Below, piece after piece: positions 11,075-27,100 of a stretch of 64,000 bases of DNA. Position 1 is the stretch's first letter; each line of letters begins with the position of its first letter. This DNA comes from Antedon mediterranea (lineage: Eukaryota; Animalia; Echinodermata), in assembly GCF_964355755.1 (NCBI RefSeq), contig NC_092671.1:34978304-35042303 (forward strand), written 5' to 3'. Both the position numbers and the translations under genes were made by a program. The notes below the pieces were generated by a model. That model was not told the DNA's origin and searched no databases. It saw only the letters and a program-made list of their open reading frames with translations.

Positions 11075-14000
11075 TACAGAAATAAATTGAGAGTGGAAAT
11101 AGTGCACTTATTTGACCCACAATCATCCAATCAAATGACAGGAATCTATTTAGATGTTATATAATAATAATTAATTAATTAAATTTGTATAAATATGTAC
11201 TGTAATATTCGATTTATCTATAGTCATCAATAAGAAATATTTTTGTAACAAATTCTAAACATCACAACTTAATTATGTATGCCGTAGTGGTAAGAATCAA
11301 AATTAAATTCTGAAGGTGTCACCTACTGTATTGAGGTTATATTTGATTGATTTTAACCTCCTAATCAATATCGAAATTAAATCATTGCTGCGACAACCGC
11401 GACGCTATAGATTGCGAAATATCTTATTTTGAAGTTGATAGTTGGTCAATATTGAGATGGGACCTTTGTGCTGCAAATTATGGAGAAATTTACAATGGAA
11501 TGAAAATAACGGTAAAATTGTCAGAAAATGTACTATAATTGGTTGTGTTGCACACTAAATAGCTGTTACTTAAGGTTTTAGCTAAGTAAGTTAATTAAAA
11601 ATAATTGATTCATTAGAAAATTAATAACTTTTTATTAATATTTGGTGGGGACTTTATTTCAAATTGTCCACAAAAGTATGGTGTGGAAACTTAACTATTA
11701 CATTTTCCAATAGAAAGATCTTCTGTACAAGTAATATGTTTACATAATAGCCCAAATATGCTTATTGGCACAAAATTACTGTATATCATCATGACCATAA
11801 CAAAAATAAAAGCTAACCCTTTTATTATAATTTAATATCAATTTCCTCTAAATATAGCAATATAATTAAGTGGGATTTTTGGTTTATATTCTTTTTTCAT
11901 TGTATTTAAATTGGCTTTTTGATGACAGGTTGGTTAACAATTTGAAGTAAAGCTTCTGTTTTGATTTTATGCATGAACGATTTAAGAATTGTGGTTCGAG
12001 TATGGAGTGACTACTGTCGGTTGAAAGAGCATTGTATCGAATGTTGACTGTTTGTGAAATCCAAATAAAAAGTATTTACAGGGTCGTTAAATGTACTTCC
12101 CTTTTGAATTGTGTTCTACTTTTCATGTTTGAACTGTCAGAAGATCATCTGTATGTTCCTTTTCAGGGGAATTTTTTTTTTTTAAGTTCCTGATTTCCTC
12201 ATGTGCATTTTATGCCTACAAAACTAACTTTGAAACCTCATTTCTTAAGCACTTTTTTTGGTTTTCAAACGATTTGGCCCATAAATAACAATTAATCACT
12301 AAAATAATCAACCTAACCACTTAATACTGTTGTGAACTAACCCTAATTAATCTTTTCCACCCAGCAAAATCTGTGCGCCCGGCTGTAATAACGAATAGCA
12401 TACTATTAGCAGGAAAACCCAATGATTTCTGTTGAAATATGATAACAAACATTCCATTAAAAATAAATTTATAAGATGAGAAATAGATAATAATTTTCAT
12501 ATAAACACATTCTTAACTACCCAGTGACCTACTGAAAAATAATTTAAAAAATGATAAAGATGAGGAAATCTGTGAGAATGAGAAAAAGCCACCCCAACAG
12601 AGGTTAAAACATTTTATTTACTGGTTCACCCCACGTACTTGGCTACTCGCTGTACTAAGTATGAGTTTTCTTGCCTTGTGTTTGTTGCGTGAAATCAAAC
12701 TGATTTGATTTACACGTAGCGATGTTTGCAGCACTGTTGCGTCATCGGTTCCCACTTGTTGATACGTCGCTGCGCTGCGTTCTAGTGGGAACCATGCTTA
12801 GTGATAAGACACCATCAACAGGGTTAAAAAACATAAATATAAATAATTTAAAACCAAACCAATGAAATTTAAAGTTAAAATATTGGTAATTTTAACGTGT
12901 AAAATTAATGAAAAAAATGGTTGATTAAATAGAGATGGTCTTTATGACAGTTAGCGTAGTATTATACTGGCATATTTCCGCTATCAAAGTGTGTCCTGAT
13001 CAAATATTGCACCTTATCATACTGTATGGTGTTATCACTTGGTACCAATAGTTCCTGATCTTTTGGGTTCATAATAATAGTTGAGGTCAACAGTACAGTA
13101 TATTTGATATATAATCTGGTTATACTTTTTATTAAAAACCTATGTGTCATTTGATTGGTTGATTTGTGTCATGTGATATGTATTATTTTCTCCATTTCAA
13201 TAGTTGGAAGTATATTATTGCATGCTTCAGCTTTTTGTAAACATTGTGCATAATATGCGACCAAACTCCGACCTGTAGTGGGCATCGTTTGTTGGCAAAT
13301 GCGAATGGGAAAAAAAAATCGTTCTTAAAAGTGTTGATATTTATGATTTTATTTAATCTAATTATTACTGCTTGATAAAGTAGAATAATGTTTGCGGATG
13401 AATTATAAAAATTATTAATTAAATTATTAATAATTAAGTCTCCATTAGTTCGGCATTCTTATGTTGTTTATTTAGTTCGGCGTTCTTATGTTGCTTTTTT
13501 TGCACTCACATAGAATAGGTTGTTTATTGTCAAACCAGTGAATAGTAAAATTACTCTTCTCTGGTCAAACTGCTTTCCTATGTTAGAATCTATAACAAAA
13601 TTAAAAGTGTTTGTTATTTTTATCCAATGTTTGCCATTTTTTTATTTCAAGTCATCATTTTACAACCCGATATTTGATTTCAGGTACTGTAAATAGTTTG
13701 ACAATAAATGACCTATGTCAGTACAGTAGGAGAAAACAACTAGATTTAAATTTTCTGAAAAATGTTCGTTCACAGAATTAAAAATTTGAACTTTTAAAAC
13801 GATTAACATGATAGTAAAAGTTATTTTTTATTAAACATGTGATAAATGTCAGATGTTTTTTACTCATACAAACAATTCAATATAAAATCCTAGATCCATT
13901 GTGCGCTAATACCTTTATTATATGATCTTTGACGCATTTGTTTGTATATGGGTGTTTTTCAATGACCGTATTAGGAGTTTTGATATGATGTCAATCACCT

Positions 14001-16519
14001 ACCTCTTGTCAAAATTTCCACATGAGAAAGTGCCTGTTCATAGGTAATTTCACACAAAAGTCAATCAGGTGTTGAAATGAGTCATGGTTGAATTATACCT
14101 AAATGTATTGTTGGTTTAGAAGAGGGATAACCCAATTCTGGTGGAAAAGTTCAACTAATTGTGCTTTGTACAATATAGTACCTAGTCATGTTAAAGTATA
14201 TATAGAGGTGTATGGTAAAAAATTCATGGAGAAGCATTCAATCAATGAGATGTCTTCCTGAACATGACATTGGGAGAAAGAAGTTTAGTGGCGGACGAGA
14301 ATTGGAGGACCAAATGGCCTAAAAAAATTACAAAATAAATAAATGACTGGAGTTAAATCCACTTTTTACGTTCCTTTTAATAGAGTAAATGTCTCGAAAA
14401 GGGGGTTTCAGACACGCTTGCCTTCTTTGTATAACTAGTATTTAAGTAAATTTTGATATTTTTTTGAATAGTTATTCTTCATTTCAGATTCATTGTGCGC
14501 AATGCATTTTGGTATTTATAGCGGGCTGCTATAATTATTAGAATCGACTTGTTTTTCACATTTTTAACCGTTTAAAGACGAAAAAATTTATCGGAATAGG
14601 ACCATATAGTATTATTTTTACATTAAATATAGTTTGTGATCTTAAATTAGATCTAAAACAGGTAGGGAAGGGGTCTTTAACTTCAGCATATACCTATATA
14701 TATATGCATAATATGCGAGTCTCACTTATGAGGGCCCTTTTGTTATGCATCGCATGTATGTGGTTTTTAAATATTCATAAAAATATTCCGAAAAAACTTT
14801 ATTTTGAAATTTAACTTGCCTATTTTTAAGGAAAATAGCCTAGGACTGTACATTATTTAATTCATTTGAGCATAATTTATTAGCCTAGGCCTATGTTTAT
14901 TTGTATTTTATGAATTTTATCTGTATTTTACAGGAAAGGCAACTCTATTCGTCGAAAAATTAAACATAGAGAGTGTGTTTCGCGATTATTTTGAGTTAAA
15001 ATAAGATAGAGGGTTGGTTCTACAGTGTACAACTTTAATATAATGTCTCATGCGTTGGACACTGAAAAAGTTGGCAGGCAGAACTAAATTTTAAAATATT
15101 CAGACCCTTAGACCCCTATTATAAAATACTGGATCCTCCAATGGAGATCTTCACTGCTTGGACAGTATGTTTACAGGGCTAGCCCAATTCTGGTAGCAAA
15201 GTACAGTGTTATATTACCAGTCATATCTTTCAGATCGACATTATGGTCTTGAGGTCATTGGCCCTGTTTATTTACTGGGTACTAAGTTCAAACCTTGTAT
15301 AACCCTAATAAAAGTTTCCTCTCTAAAATCTTTTTAGTTTTATGTTTAATTTTAACAATAAAAATAATAACCAAGCAATAGATATGTCATAAATCGAGAG
15401 AAGGCATGCTATGTAATATCAACCCTTTTAATAGAATTTAATATGTATTGATCTTTCCATTTGTGCTACTTTATTTAATTGAATAATAAAATTAGAAATG
15501 TTCCGATACAAGTGCTACTGAACTAAATTCATTGAATTTTAAAAATATACTTACTGACGCGAAGAATTTATTTCATTTTTTGCCACTTTTTTAAACATTT
15601 TTACACAGGCACATGTCTCGAACCCATGCCTCTCATACACTAGTCCTTGTCCCATCCCCATAACGCCAAACTAATAAATTGAAATATTGATTTCTTTGTT
15701 TAAAATATGAAATCTTTCATTGATCTCCAGTAAAAATTTGTTCTTTTATTACTTGTCTTAAAGTACATGTAGTCTAGGCTCTTGAATGTATTTCAACTTT
15801 TTGGCAAAAATATATTTTGACACATTCTTGAGCTTTTCAGACAAAAATCGATGATGGACTACTGTATAACTATTAAGACAATAGAATACAGACTTATTAG
15901 GGCAAGTCTACAGTATATGAAGCAGTGCATAAAATAAAACTATAAATATGAATTAGTCAGATGAATTATGTCTTTGAATGAGCATAAAAATTGACCTTCG
16001 ACTTCTGCATCTGTCTATATAATTCAACACAAAGTTTGCTTTGGTTGCTTGCATGGTATTTGCATAGTACATTAGCTTTAAATAATGTTAAAGTTTTTGC
16101 CTCTGCCTATTTGAGATGGCCTAGAAGTTTACCTTCTAGGTTATTATGTTTTCACCCCTGTATATTTGTTTGTTTGTGACCAGCCTAGAGGTCACAGTTT
16201 TTATCCAAATCTTGCCAGATATGATCTATGATAATATTACAGTGAAAACATTCTGACCAAAATTACAATATAATTTTTAATAATATTTTTAATTAACAAC
16301 AATTTTTATATTATTTGTTTCTTATATTATAATATATAGTTTCTGTTGAAAAAAAGGAAACTTTAAAATAGTTTTATAAAAGATTGCAAACAATTGGGAA
16401 AAAAAGTTATTTGATGATTATGATGAAGAAGACCTGAACCAATTGCGATTTTTAAAAACTTATTTTTTGGCAAGAAAATAACCGTTCTTCCAAAATACGG
16501 TATTTCAATAAAAGTAATT

Positions 16520-16805
16520 ATTTATGAGATGCCTGAGGTCCGAGATAGATCGCACTAGATTGGATCACTGTCTCGAAAAGCGGACCTCTGGAAATAATAC
16601 TTTCTTAAAATTTGGACCGGTGATGTGGAATGAACTCCTGTCTGTGATCCGGAAACAAACCACAGTTTTAAAATTTTAAAAAGCCCTCAAAACACATCTA
16701 TTTCCTAAGAAGTAACTCATTGTTGGGTGTGCTGATGTAAAGCGCTTTGATCATTTTACACTAATTTGGAAAAGCGCTATATAAATAAAATAATAATAAT
16801 AATAA
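16520..16805 (+). mobile_element. L2-clade LINE 3' end
   Basis: Decayed GNNTFLKFGPVMWNELLSVIRK..F*KALKTHLF, then gtaaagcgctttga...aaaagcgctatataaat and a (TAA)n tail typical of L2. Confidence 0.8.
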
Positions 16806-19499
16806 TTTAATTTGAAAAATAACAGTTTTATTGTAATAAAATGTATTAAATTATTAAGTTTGTTTGACAAAAACAGTTTTATATTTAGTATTCCATTTCA
16901 ATAGTTTGAATAAATTAACTGTGTGGCATTTAGAAATGAGAAAGTTGGTTATTGTCGTTCCTATGATAATTTGAAATATAAGGAATGTTATGCTAATGTG
17001 TGATATTGTTGCATATTAAATGATCATAGTCCTAGCAGGAATTCCCCCAGGGGTGCCTATTAGTGGAGCGATTGGCAAGTGTATTACGCTACTGGAATGC
17101 TAATGGCTGGTAAATAGAAATGACAACATTCTATAGTCTATAGAGTTTTGATAGATTCTGTAACAATAAAAAGTGTACTATAAACATAATGTATGGACAA
17201 AATAGAACACTATGCTTTTTGTATTTTTGCCTTTAAAAATATCCTCCTGAAAAATAATTTTTGAATTCATTTCTTGTTTTTGTTTTTTGTTGACTATGCC
17301 ATTTTAATGTCACATACTGTAGTTGTTCACTTTGACCAAAAAAATTGATTGAAAACAAAAATTTACCCATTCGTTTTTGGTTGCATTTAACCACTTATTT
17401 TTTCATTTTATAAGTGAAAATATTATTTTTTTCATTATTTTTTTCAACAGAAGTGATTAACTTTTTTAAAACTACAAAATAACGTATTCAAAGTGTGATT
17501 TTATTTTTCATGTTTTTGGAAGACAGTACATCTTTAAAATTAAATAAAAATGCTATATCTCTTGCTTTCATCTTGTGAATATTTTACAATAGTTTAATTC
17601 TCTTTTGTCCAAATTACAATTTATTTCCTTAATTTTCTTCTGGGCCTATCATTGACTCCATAAACAGTTTCCTTCCAGTCTCAATGGCCATCTGTAAAAT
17701 CAAATAATATTGTAACCTCTTTGGAGGCTATCTTGTGAATATTTTATAGGATCAAAATAATTAACACACTTTTACTTTATTTTGTTTTTTTATTCATTTG
17801 TGTAATTACTGTATCTACTGTACAGTTTGTCGATTAAAATTGGTGGGAGATAGGGTAGGGGTTGATAGTTTTTTTTCTCATTATACTTTTCTGTATGTAA
17901 ATTATTTAATTGTTATATTTTATATTGTTATTTGTGAAGGATGCACCTTTGTGCTTAGTGTGCCACCGATCTAAAGGTGTAATGCTAAATAAATAAACAA
18001 AAAATATATATATATATATAAAATTGATTTTTTTTGTCGCCTTTTGTCTTAATATCATAATAGACATTGACCAATGAACACATTCTCTCCACTTTAAATC
18101 TGTCAGTGGTCATTCTTGTGTAATTTCTATTCTGGAAAAAGGGATAAACATTTCAACTGTCAATGTCATAGACAAAAACATAGTAAATTAATGTCTGCAA
18201 ATAAAATGAAAGAAAGAAATCAGAATGAAATTGAAACTGATGTACTGATAATGATATTACATTAAAAAAATTAAGATGGTGTTTATTTTTCATTAACTTT
18301 CAACTGTATTTGACAATGAGGATGTATCAATCTATGTTGCGCATGCATGCAGTCAATCAGGACTTCACCTATGACAAGATAACCTCAGTGAATTTCAAAA
18401 CAGTATTAAATTATTATTCTATTACCAATTCTTATTAAGTTGTTCAAATATACTAAATTTATTATTTCAATCAAAATGTCAAAATTTAAATGTTGATTCT
18501 TCAACTTTTGCCTTGAAGCTGTAAATTTCTGTAATGAGAAGAAAATTGAAATGATAACAGTTTTGGCCTTGTGGAGAATGCTTGCTTTATTTTCAACAAG
18601 GTAATTTTTAATCTTGGATAGTATGAGGAAATTACTGGTAAATTGTCAATATCGAGGGTCTAATTGTTTCTAATGCAAAGAAAATCAAGTATAAGTGTGA
18701 ATGAAATTGTTTTTTCAGTGGTAGTAGAAATAGGACCAATGCCAAGTAATACCATACAGTTATATAGTGATATACCGCGTATAGTGGTTTAAAAAAGCAT
18801 TTCGCTAAAAATGCAGTAGAGATATTCACAAAACACATTTAATTTTAGCTTTAATAAGAAATGTTCATTTGGATTTTTTATTACCATGCATATAACGCTT
18901 GTGTTTACACTCGATCGCAACACAACGACGAGGTGGGATGTAAGTGAGTTAACCAATCACAAGCAGTGAAATAAAGTGGTTCGATGATCGCACGAAAAGA
19001 GAAAAAACTTCAAGCCACAGTCTTGTCAAAGACCTCTATGAAAAAGTGGTCAGGTTGAGACCTTATTAACCATACTGGTAGACACTACAGCCACAACAAG
19101 CTATCGTTCGACGGGTCCATGACGTCGTGATTGATTAAATAACCCTAACGTTAATGCATTGTTTTGAGTACATGGTATCATACCTACATTTTTTTTAAAT
19201 TAGGTAAAATTCACAGCTGAAGTTTCACTCAAGTGATGTTGTTTACATACTGTAGATTGCACAATACCATTGTTTTGCAGATGTTTTACAAATTAAATGC
19301 AGTAGAAAAAATTTTAAATAATCCTTAAGTTTATGTTTACATTTTAACTGCAAACGGAAGAGATCTGGATTAAAGCCCTCGCACACAACCACAATTTATT
19401 TTTATTTTATTTATTCGACTTCTCACTAACACATTGTTTGTGAAGAATCGGGACCAACAGGTGGTAAACACCTCTAAAACGGTCCAGTCTCAATTGCAC

Positions 19500-19720
19500 A
19501 GTGGCTGTGTGTGACAGTGGCTGTGTTTGTGTGGACTAGTACACCCGGCTAACCCCCTACTCGTCTCGAAAGATGTACTAGGTTCTTTAAAGTGCACATG
19601 AGCTATGTGTACACTGGACTCGTTCCACCACCAGAACCATGGAGCGAGTAAGCCTCGAACCCTTGCCGATGTTATGTCTATGTAATCTGTTCCACTGTCT
19701 TAACCGCTTGGCCACTCGCT
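19500..19720 (-). mobile_element. tRNA-headed Meta-domain SINE
   Basis: Minus strand: A box TGGCCAAGCGG, B box GGTTCGAGGC, then tttaaagaacctagtacatctttcgagacgagtagggggttagccgggtg; partial copies at ~30510-30610 and ~60255-60410. Confidence 0.75.
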
Positions 19721-22691
19721 TAATAATAATAAGTCTCCAGTCTATGCTGGATCTGCATGTCAGGAGACTTCCGCTGTGGTTTTCAGATGGTAACAGGTCT
19801 TTGACTTGTATCAGATCTCACCATGTTTGTCAAATTCCTTTCATTGTACCATATCATCATCATATCTATCAAAGTTAAATAGCCCAATAAAGCTTACCAA
19901 ATAGACCACTGTGGTACAGTACAAGGCTTTGATAAAGCCTTTAACACTGATAAAACTCCTTGACCAATGAGATGACCATTGAGTTTGACCCCTAGAATGT
20001 CCAAGGTTATGAGATTTACATCACAAACTTGCAAGTTGCAGACCACAATTAGTCCAATTTCAACAACACAAGTTCAGTAAATAATGTGCCATGTACTGTA
20101 ATTAAAGGTAATATAATATTCATATTATAGGTATTGTAAATATTTATTTTAAATGTGTTTGTCATTGTTGTTTATGTATGTAATTTCCTGTGGTTGAGTG
20201 AATGTTTATGGTTTTCTAATTTTCAACACCAAGGTTATATAAATCAGTAGTTGGTTTAAACTTGTGGTACTCCACTGTTGGCAATAGGATAGGTTACTTC
20301 TGTAAATCAGTATAACTGTACCATTCTGTATTAGCCTAGATTTGATAATGATATTAACAAATTTGTTTTAGAAAGTATTTCAGGTCATCAGCTGATAAGA
20401 ATTGAAAAAAAAACATAAACACATTTATTTACAATTTTTAAAATGAACACAATTAATTTTTGACTAAATAAATTAGAGAATTTTTCAGACCATTTTAAGT
20501 ATTTCATAAGTTCCCAAGTATGCTCACAATAAAGGAATGTAGACCCAATGAATGTTTGAAGGATTCTTTATCATGATTCTGGATCCTTTTTCACTTTTTA
20601 CTCCTGGCAGAGATCGCAACTCCCGAATTCCTTGTTTGTTAATGTTTTGTTGAAAGGAATAAACTAGATAAAATGTATTGAAAAAATAAACAGCTAAATT
20701 ATTGTGTTTAATTTATTTCTATTGAAATTTTTAAATAACCGTGCGAACAATTTGAATCTTTACAATTACTATTATAATGACCAGATAATAACAAATAATC
20801 TTCTTTCTTGTTCGAAAAGTGTTATTCAACATGTACTGTACAATGACACATTATGCTTTACAGGACAATCGTCTATTCTTTTGAACAGTAATATAGTTTA
20901 TATTTTATAGTGTTTTGCCCTTTTTGCCCTCCATAGAAATGCAAAGATGGCAACTGTACACAGTAAATCTTATTCACAGTATTTAATTGGTTTGTAGTAT
21001 AACTATGTACTGTAGTTGATAACTAACCTAAATAATCCTTACCATTTGATTGGTTTATTTTGTATCATGTGGTGTTGGTTATTTCGTCCTAAGCACAGGT
21101 TAATTGAATATTTAATAGTACTAATAAATGGCCAGCTTTTAAAAAAAAATTCCCCCATATTTTGATTCAGACATTTTAACAATTTTAAATGGATTCGATT
21201 TGATATATTTTTTTAATTTTCTTTTTTTTTCTTTTGGATGATTCAACAGGAATAAAACCATAAAATTTACATTTTTTTTATATAAAAAATATGGCTTATA
21301 TAATTTTGTCAATTTTTTATATAGTAGGCCTACTTTTTACAAAGTTAATATTGCATCATATTTTTAAATTCTGGGAATTAAAAAACTGCTTTTTCTTGTT
21401 GCATATACCTTGACATTTGACCTTCGTTGGTATTACAATCTTAGGAAACTTGTTCACTTCCTTTCGTACATTGCAGCTGCGTTAGGAAGCTTGAAAGTCG
21501 CTATAGTTGTGGCCATTGATTGGTAGCTGTTGATAACTTCAGTAAGTATTTTAGTAGTTTTGTTTATACATTGATTATGATATACAAGACTCTTTATTAA
21601 AGGGACAACTTCTGGACTAAACACAAATGTTCCCCTAAATAGGGTGTCCCTTGATATAGGTATTGGATGTCTATTACGTATTATAATTTTTTTTAAACTG
21701 TTTTCAACTTATTGTATTAAATTGGTTTCGATTTTAATTTTTTTTTTTTAAGTTAATAAGAATAATGTAAATATTTTAGGGTATATTTAAGTACAATTGA
21801 TCTTGGATATCTATGTCATTCCTAAGAAAAAAAGATAATTACTTTTGATTCCACGAATGATAGATTGCCATCTATAATACAAAGTTTTGAGTAAGGGCTG
21901 AATCTTATTGCTAAATATTATTATTATTTTTATTTTTACATAAACAAGTTAAAATGCTAACAAAATATAGTTACTTCAGTAACTACAGTATAATACTGTG
22001 GTATTAGAAAATGTTATTCAACTTAGTATAGTGTCTAATAACAAAACTAAACTTTTTATATTTATGTCTCAATTGTAAACCTGATTGTACAACAGAAAGT
22101 GAATTCTATTTATAGTAATTATATCACCAATGGTGTCTACTATTACTAATCGACAATCATACTTTTTCACTTAAGTCAATTAGACAGTTACTTAAGTTGT
22201 ATTCACTTTGGAGTTTTTGCATTTTAAAATGGTGAATAATATGGCCATTGGTTGGATACATTTTCTATATTTTCCTGATACAAAACCTTTCACAAAATCA
22301 CCATAGGATTTGAGATAGAAGTTCATTATCTGTTTTATGGGATGGTATTGGCTAAAATTATACCTAATAAAAAATATAGAACAGATTAACTAATTGAAAA
22401 AACTAGACACATTTATTGATATCAACATGTAAGACTATAAAGAGTGTAAAGTCTACCAACTGATAAAGCACCTAATTGTCAGTATAAATACATAACAATG
22501 TGTACATAAATCAATATAATCCATGGCATAGGCTTGACATTATAGTGTAGTATTTTCTAGGTTATACAGTATAACTAATTGTGTCAACCATTGTTTACTG
22601 TACCAGGATATATGTAGTATATTGGATTCTTCAACAAACCTAAAGTGAAGCTGTAACTGGCACTTACCTAAAACTAATGAAGGATCTAGTT

Positions 22692-22780
22692 GCAGGGCCG
22701 TAGCCACCAGTATAGTTAGTATGGTTTCAACCTGACCACTTTTTCACAGAGGCCTTTGACAACCCAGTGGCTTGAATAGC
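22692..22780. mobile_element. DNA transposon (hAT-like MITE) end fragment
   Basis: Starts cagggccgtagcc; an inverted diverged copy lies at ~19008-19093. Confidence 0.5.
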
Positions 22781-23991
22781 GATTTTTCCTATTTTGTGCA
22801 AAACCCTTTACTACTTTATTCCATGAGATGAGCATGTGAAAATGTGCATTTTTCTTGCGTTTTTAACTAAATTCAATTCAACTTTTATTTAATTTATGTC
22901 CACATATAAAAATGAAGAAATACAAAGTATTATGTAACAACCATAACAAAAAAATCATGTTTATGTTATTTACTTCCACTTTGTGTTGTACACACATGTG
23001 GTCAATAGCTTTAGCATTATTCTAGGAACTTTGGCATTTGACGTTTATCAATAAAACAGAAGTTAATGTTGTAAGCATTAAATGTAATACCGCATATCCT
23101 GAAATTGCACAACTTGCTGTGACAATCGTTGCCTTCAGCTATATATTGGACCAATGGAGACTTAATTGGTGTAATGTCAGGGTTATTTGTATACAAAATA
23201 GAAATTTATGTGAAACAATTACTTCAAAATGATTGTAATTTTCCTCTTTTTTTTTTGCCAATATGGAGTTTTCAATCATGTTTACTACATTTCAGAATAA
23301 AGATAAATAGCAGTTGCCAGAGTGAGATTAGTTACTGAGCTACTTACCTTGATAAACTGGCATATGACACATCAACAAGGAGCGATTGAAGCGTGTAATT
23401 GTAATCATTGCTGTTATTTTTCTTTGAGCAGCATGACATACATACAAACTTGTACTTGTTACTGCTTTGATAGTTTTCTCAGTTTTGAGTGTTAGCTCGT
23501 TATCAAAATGCAATTTAATACATTATGTAATGTGTTCTTTTCACTGATAGAATGAAAAGGATTAGCACACTCTATATCCACAATCAAACTGAACTTTTTA
23601 TACTGAGCAACATAAGTTTCACCAAAAACAATAAAACATAAGGAGTGATGCAATGAAAGAAATTTAAGCACTAAGTTTCCTACATACCATTATTAATAGG
23701 AAGCTTTTGATTTGCGATTACCTAGGTCAATTCAATCAATGTGTCATTGCCTGGACCTAGAAACCATCAAACCTGTGTCGAGGTGGGGAGCGAGGACACA
23801 TGCCCCTATATTCGCTCACAAAATGTACTTAACATCACATAGTTTGATTGTCATTCTTGGCTCCCCAATTGTAAAGTGAAAGCATTATAAATATTTAGCA
23901 ACATTTTTATTATCTGTTTGTTATATTTTATAGGTGAATGAAGACATAGTTGCAGGTTTCAACCTTGCTGGTTGTCAAAAGTTTTATCACC

Positions 23992-24143
23992 ATGGTGGAC
24001 ACGTCACCAGTTGTGCTTCAACTCCAGGCTTCATTTTCAAATAGTCATAGTGACTCGATTACAACGGTGAAAAACATTACAGATGAGTCATATGTAGATA
24101 AAAACTGTAACGACACAACGGAAGAACAAGAGAAGACAGAAAG
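23992..24143 (+). CDS. RAB3IP: RAB3IP coding exon 1 (acceptor tag at 23931-23933, 5'UTR from 23934, ATG in accATGg context)
   Basis: [22 protein letters not shown]...EEQEKTE; donor ag|gtatt, phase 2 matches the next exon; poorly conserved N-terminus. Confidence 0.75.
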
Positions 24144-27100
24144 GTATTATTATTATTAACATGAATAAAAGAAATATTCTTTAAATATGCATTGTACAGT
24201 TTCTCTAGCTGCCTAAAGCTTTGTCTACACTACTAAACTAGTTTGACAAAACATGTGTTGTACCCAAGTATGGTAGTGATATACCCAAATATGGTAGTGA
24301 TATGACATCATCATGTCCATATATGGGCACATCACATTTTTTTGTCACATAAAGTTTGATAGTGTAGACAGGGCTTTGCATTGCTGTGTTTTAAACTGAT
24401 TTGCTTTTCTGTAGATTGTCGCAATTGTCAACACTTTTATGTTAACACCATTGTGTGCTTCTGTATATTGTCGGTTCACACTTGAGAAACACAAAGTTAT
24501 TTTTATCTACATCGTTGCGTTGCGTCCAAATGGGAATCGAATGTCTCAACCATAGCGCTTGGTGAAACTATTGTGATTGTATTGATAACCATATACAGTA
24601 TACCTTTGAGTTGTAAGATAAGAAAAGTTTCATTTTTAATATTATAACAATTGTTTAGTGTTTACAAAATTATTATGAAATTCTACCATATGATTTCAGT
24701 GATCAAGATTATGAGAATTATGAAATGGAAAATCGCTTTCGACAAAGATTAGGTAGCGCCGCGTCGGTAATGGACGCCAAGAACCATGCTTTTGAACGTG
24801 TAAAAGAGGAACTCCGCAGTGCACAACAGGTAACGTATATGAATTAATGAAATCCGCATAAATTAGTGTATTATCAGACATTTTCTTATTATTGTATTAT
24901 AATATTTAAATAAATATTTATTTATTTTATTTCTTTATTTCAATTCTTCATACCAACAGCGAGTCATCGCCACTTACAGACAGATTTAAGTTATTACTAC
25001 TACTATTTTTACTAATTACAAAATATTTTTTAGTGAGAGATCAGTATATCAATTTTTAATGAACATATTCATATTTGGTTAACTGTAGATGGATTGAATG
25101 ATGTTTTTTTATGATGTTGATATTTTTGTCATACAGTTAAACCATGGAGTTATAACTCCATGGTTAAACAATATATAGATTTTTTTTATGAAGGATATAA
25201 CAAATATGACATGATGACCTAGCTACAATATGAGCATAAACCTAAAGCACAATTTATTGTTTTTACATTCTATTTTATTGTTCAAGTATTATTAGCTAAG
25301 TTTATTGAAGTTTTTTCCACGGGAAATATTTGGGGAATTTATGAAACTAAAACCAAATGATTCAATTGTTTACAAGTACAGTATACATAGACCAATTTAT
25401 TAGTTTACTTTAGATATTAATAGACATATTAAATGCATAGATTTTAAAAATAAGATACTGACATTGATATTAATTAATTATTAAATCAAATGGAAGAAAA
25501 CATTTTTTTCTGTTTTTTTACTGCTTTTTAGGTATACAGTAGAACGGCTTCTTTGGGACACCTCTATTCAGAGGACACAATTATTAAAAGGACACTTTCC
25601 TATGGACGTACAAACGACAATAACTGTTTGTTTTAACACAAGGCCAACCCCATTAAGGGTCCTAAAAGTGTCCCCTTAATAGGTGTTTTATTGTGATAAA
25701 CTTTATCTTTAAGAAAAAATCATGACAACATAACATTTATATAATAATGAAATTGTTGCTACACAGATGTTAGTATAACCTTTCTGACCATCTTATCATA
25801 GTGTTTTAAATGATTGTGGAAACTATGTATGATACGGCTATTTCCGTTGTCATTTCCTGTATTACCCTTTACGTCCTGGAACGAAATGAATTACGAACAT
25901 CTATCTGCAAACATGTTATACTTTAATACACCAATCTTTTAAAAGTTTGTTTACTAAAAATGCTTATCGCCCACACAATGGATTGATATAATAAAATAAA
26001 TAAATACTTTATCCCAATCTCAATTCGGATCTAATCCCACTACCTACTTTATGTCTGATTTCACAAACAGGCATATCCCTGTGCATAGTCCCAGTATTGA
26101 CTTTTGGTCTGGATGTAGGTTTTTCAGATGATTTTTACAAGAAACGTTTACCAATCATTGTTTTTCTGAAACATGGTTTCCCCAGGTTTAGTCTTGGTTT
26201 TGTGTGCTAGGGGGTTGGATTATACCAAAGGATATACGGTACATATCACACATACTGTATGACTTTTCCTTTGAGACACCCCCTTTAAGGGGACATTATC
26301 CTGTGAAACAAACAAGGGACAACATGTTCTAACACTAATAGCCAACATACCTTATGAACACTTTGTTGGGTTCTGTCCCCATAGAGGTTTCACTGTACTT
26401 AATATATTGCCTTTATTATAATATGCTCAACATAAACTGTTCACTTATTAAAATTGGTTCCTAACCTTGAAGTTTGTCTCCAAACTAGTTTTCAATAGTG
26501 TAATTTTATTCTTTTATTGTAAATGGTATGTGTGACATGTGTGCAGAGAAAAACAGCAACCTCCTTCTTTTGTGAATTTACAATAAAAATAACACAGAAA
26601 TATAGACACAATTCTACTTAATTTAATACTTATATAAATTTGTATTTTTACCATATCTGTCGGGTCTTTTGCGTGATATTTAAAAATGTTTTTTTCTGAT
26701 AAATATTTAATGTAATGCACACTTCATCTTTCCACTTAAGTAGGAGTTGCTGTAGCAGAAAGAAATAGCCAATGCTAATGGTATATGTATTATTTGTATC
26801 CTCCTGAGATCTGCATCATACATATTAATGATAAGACCATATGAACATATTCATATTGCGTTGACTCGGTTTTAAAACGTGGATATAATATTGAGCCTTT
26901 TGTGTTTGAGTCTTGATTTTAAATTTTAAATTTCTGTACTAAAAGTAATTTAAAGTGGGGAAATTTGTAATATCTATAACCCATTCATTTATTTATTAAA
27001 TTTTGTTTAATCAGGGTGATTCAAAACATCCGGGGCTGACATGCATGAGGCCCTCAACACTTAAAAAACGGGAACGATATAAATACTATACTAGTGAACT

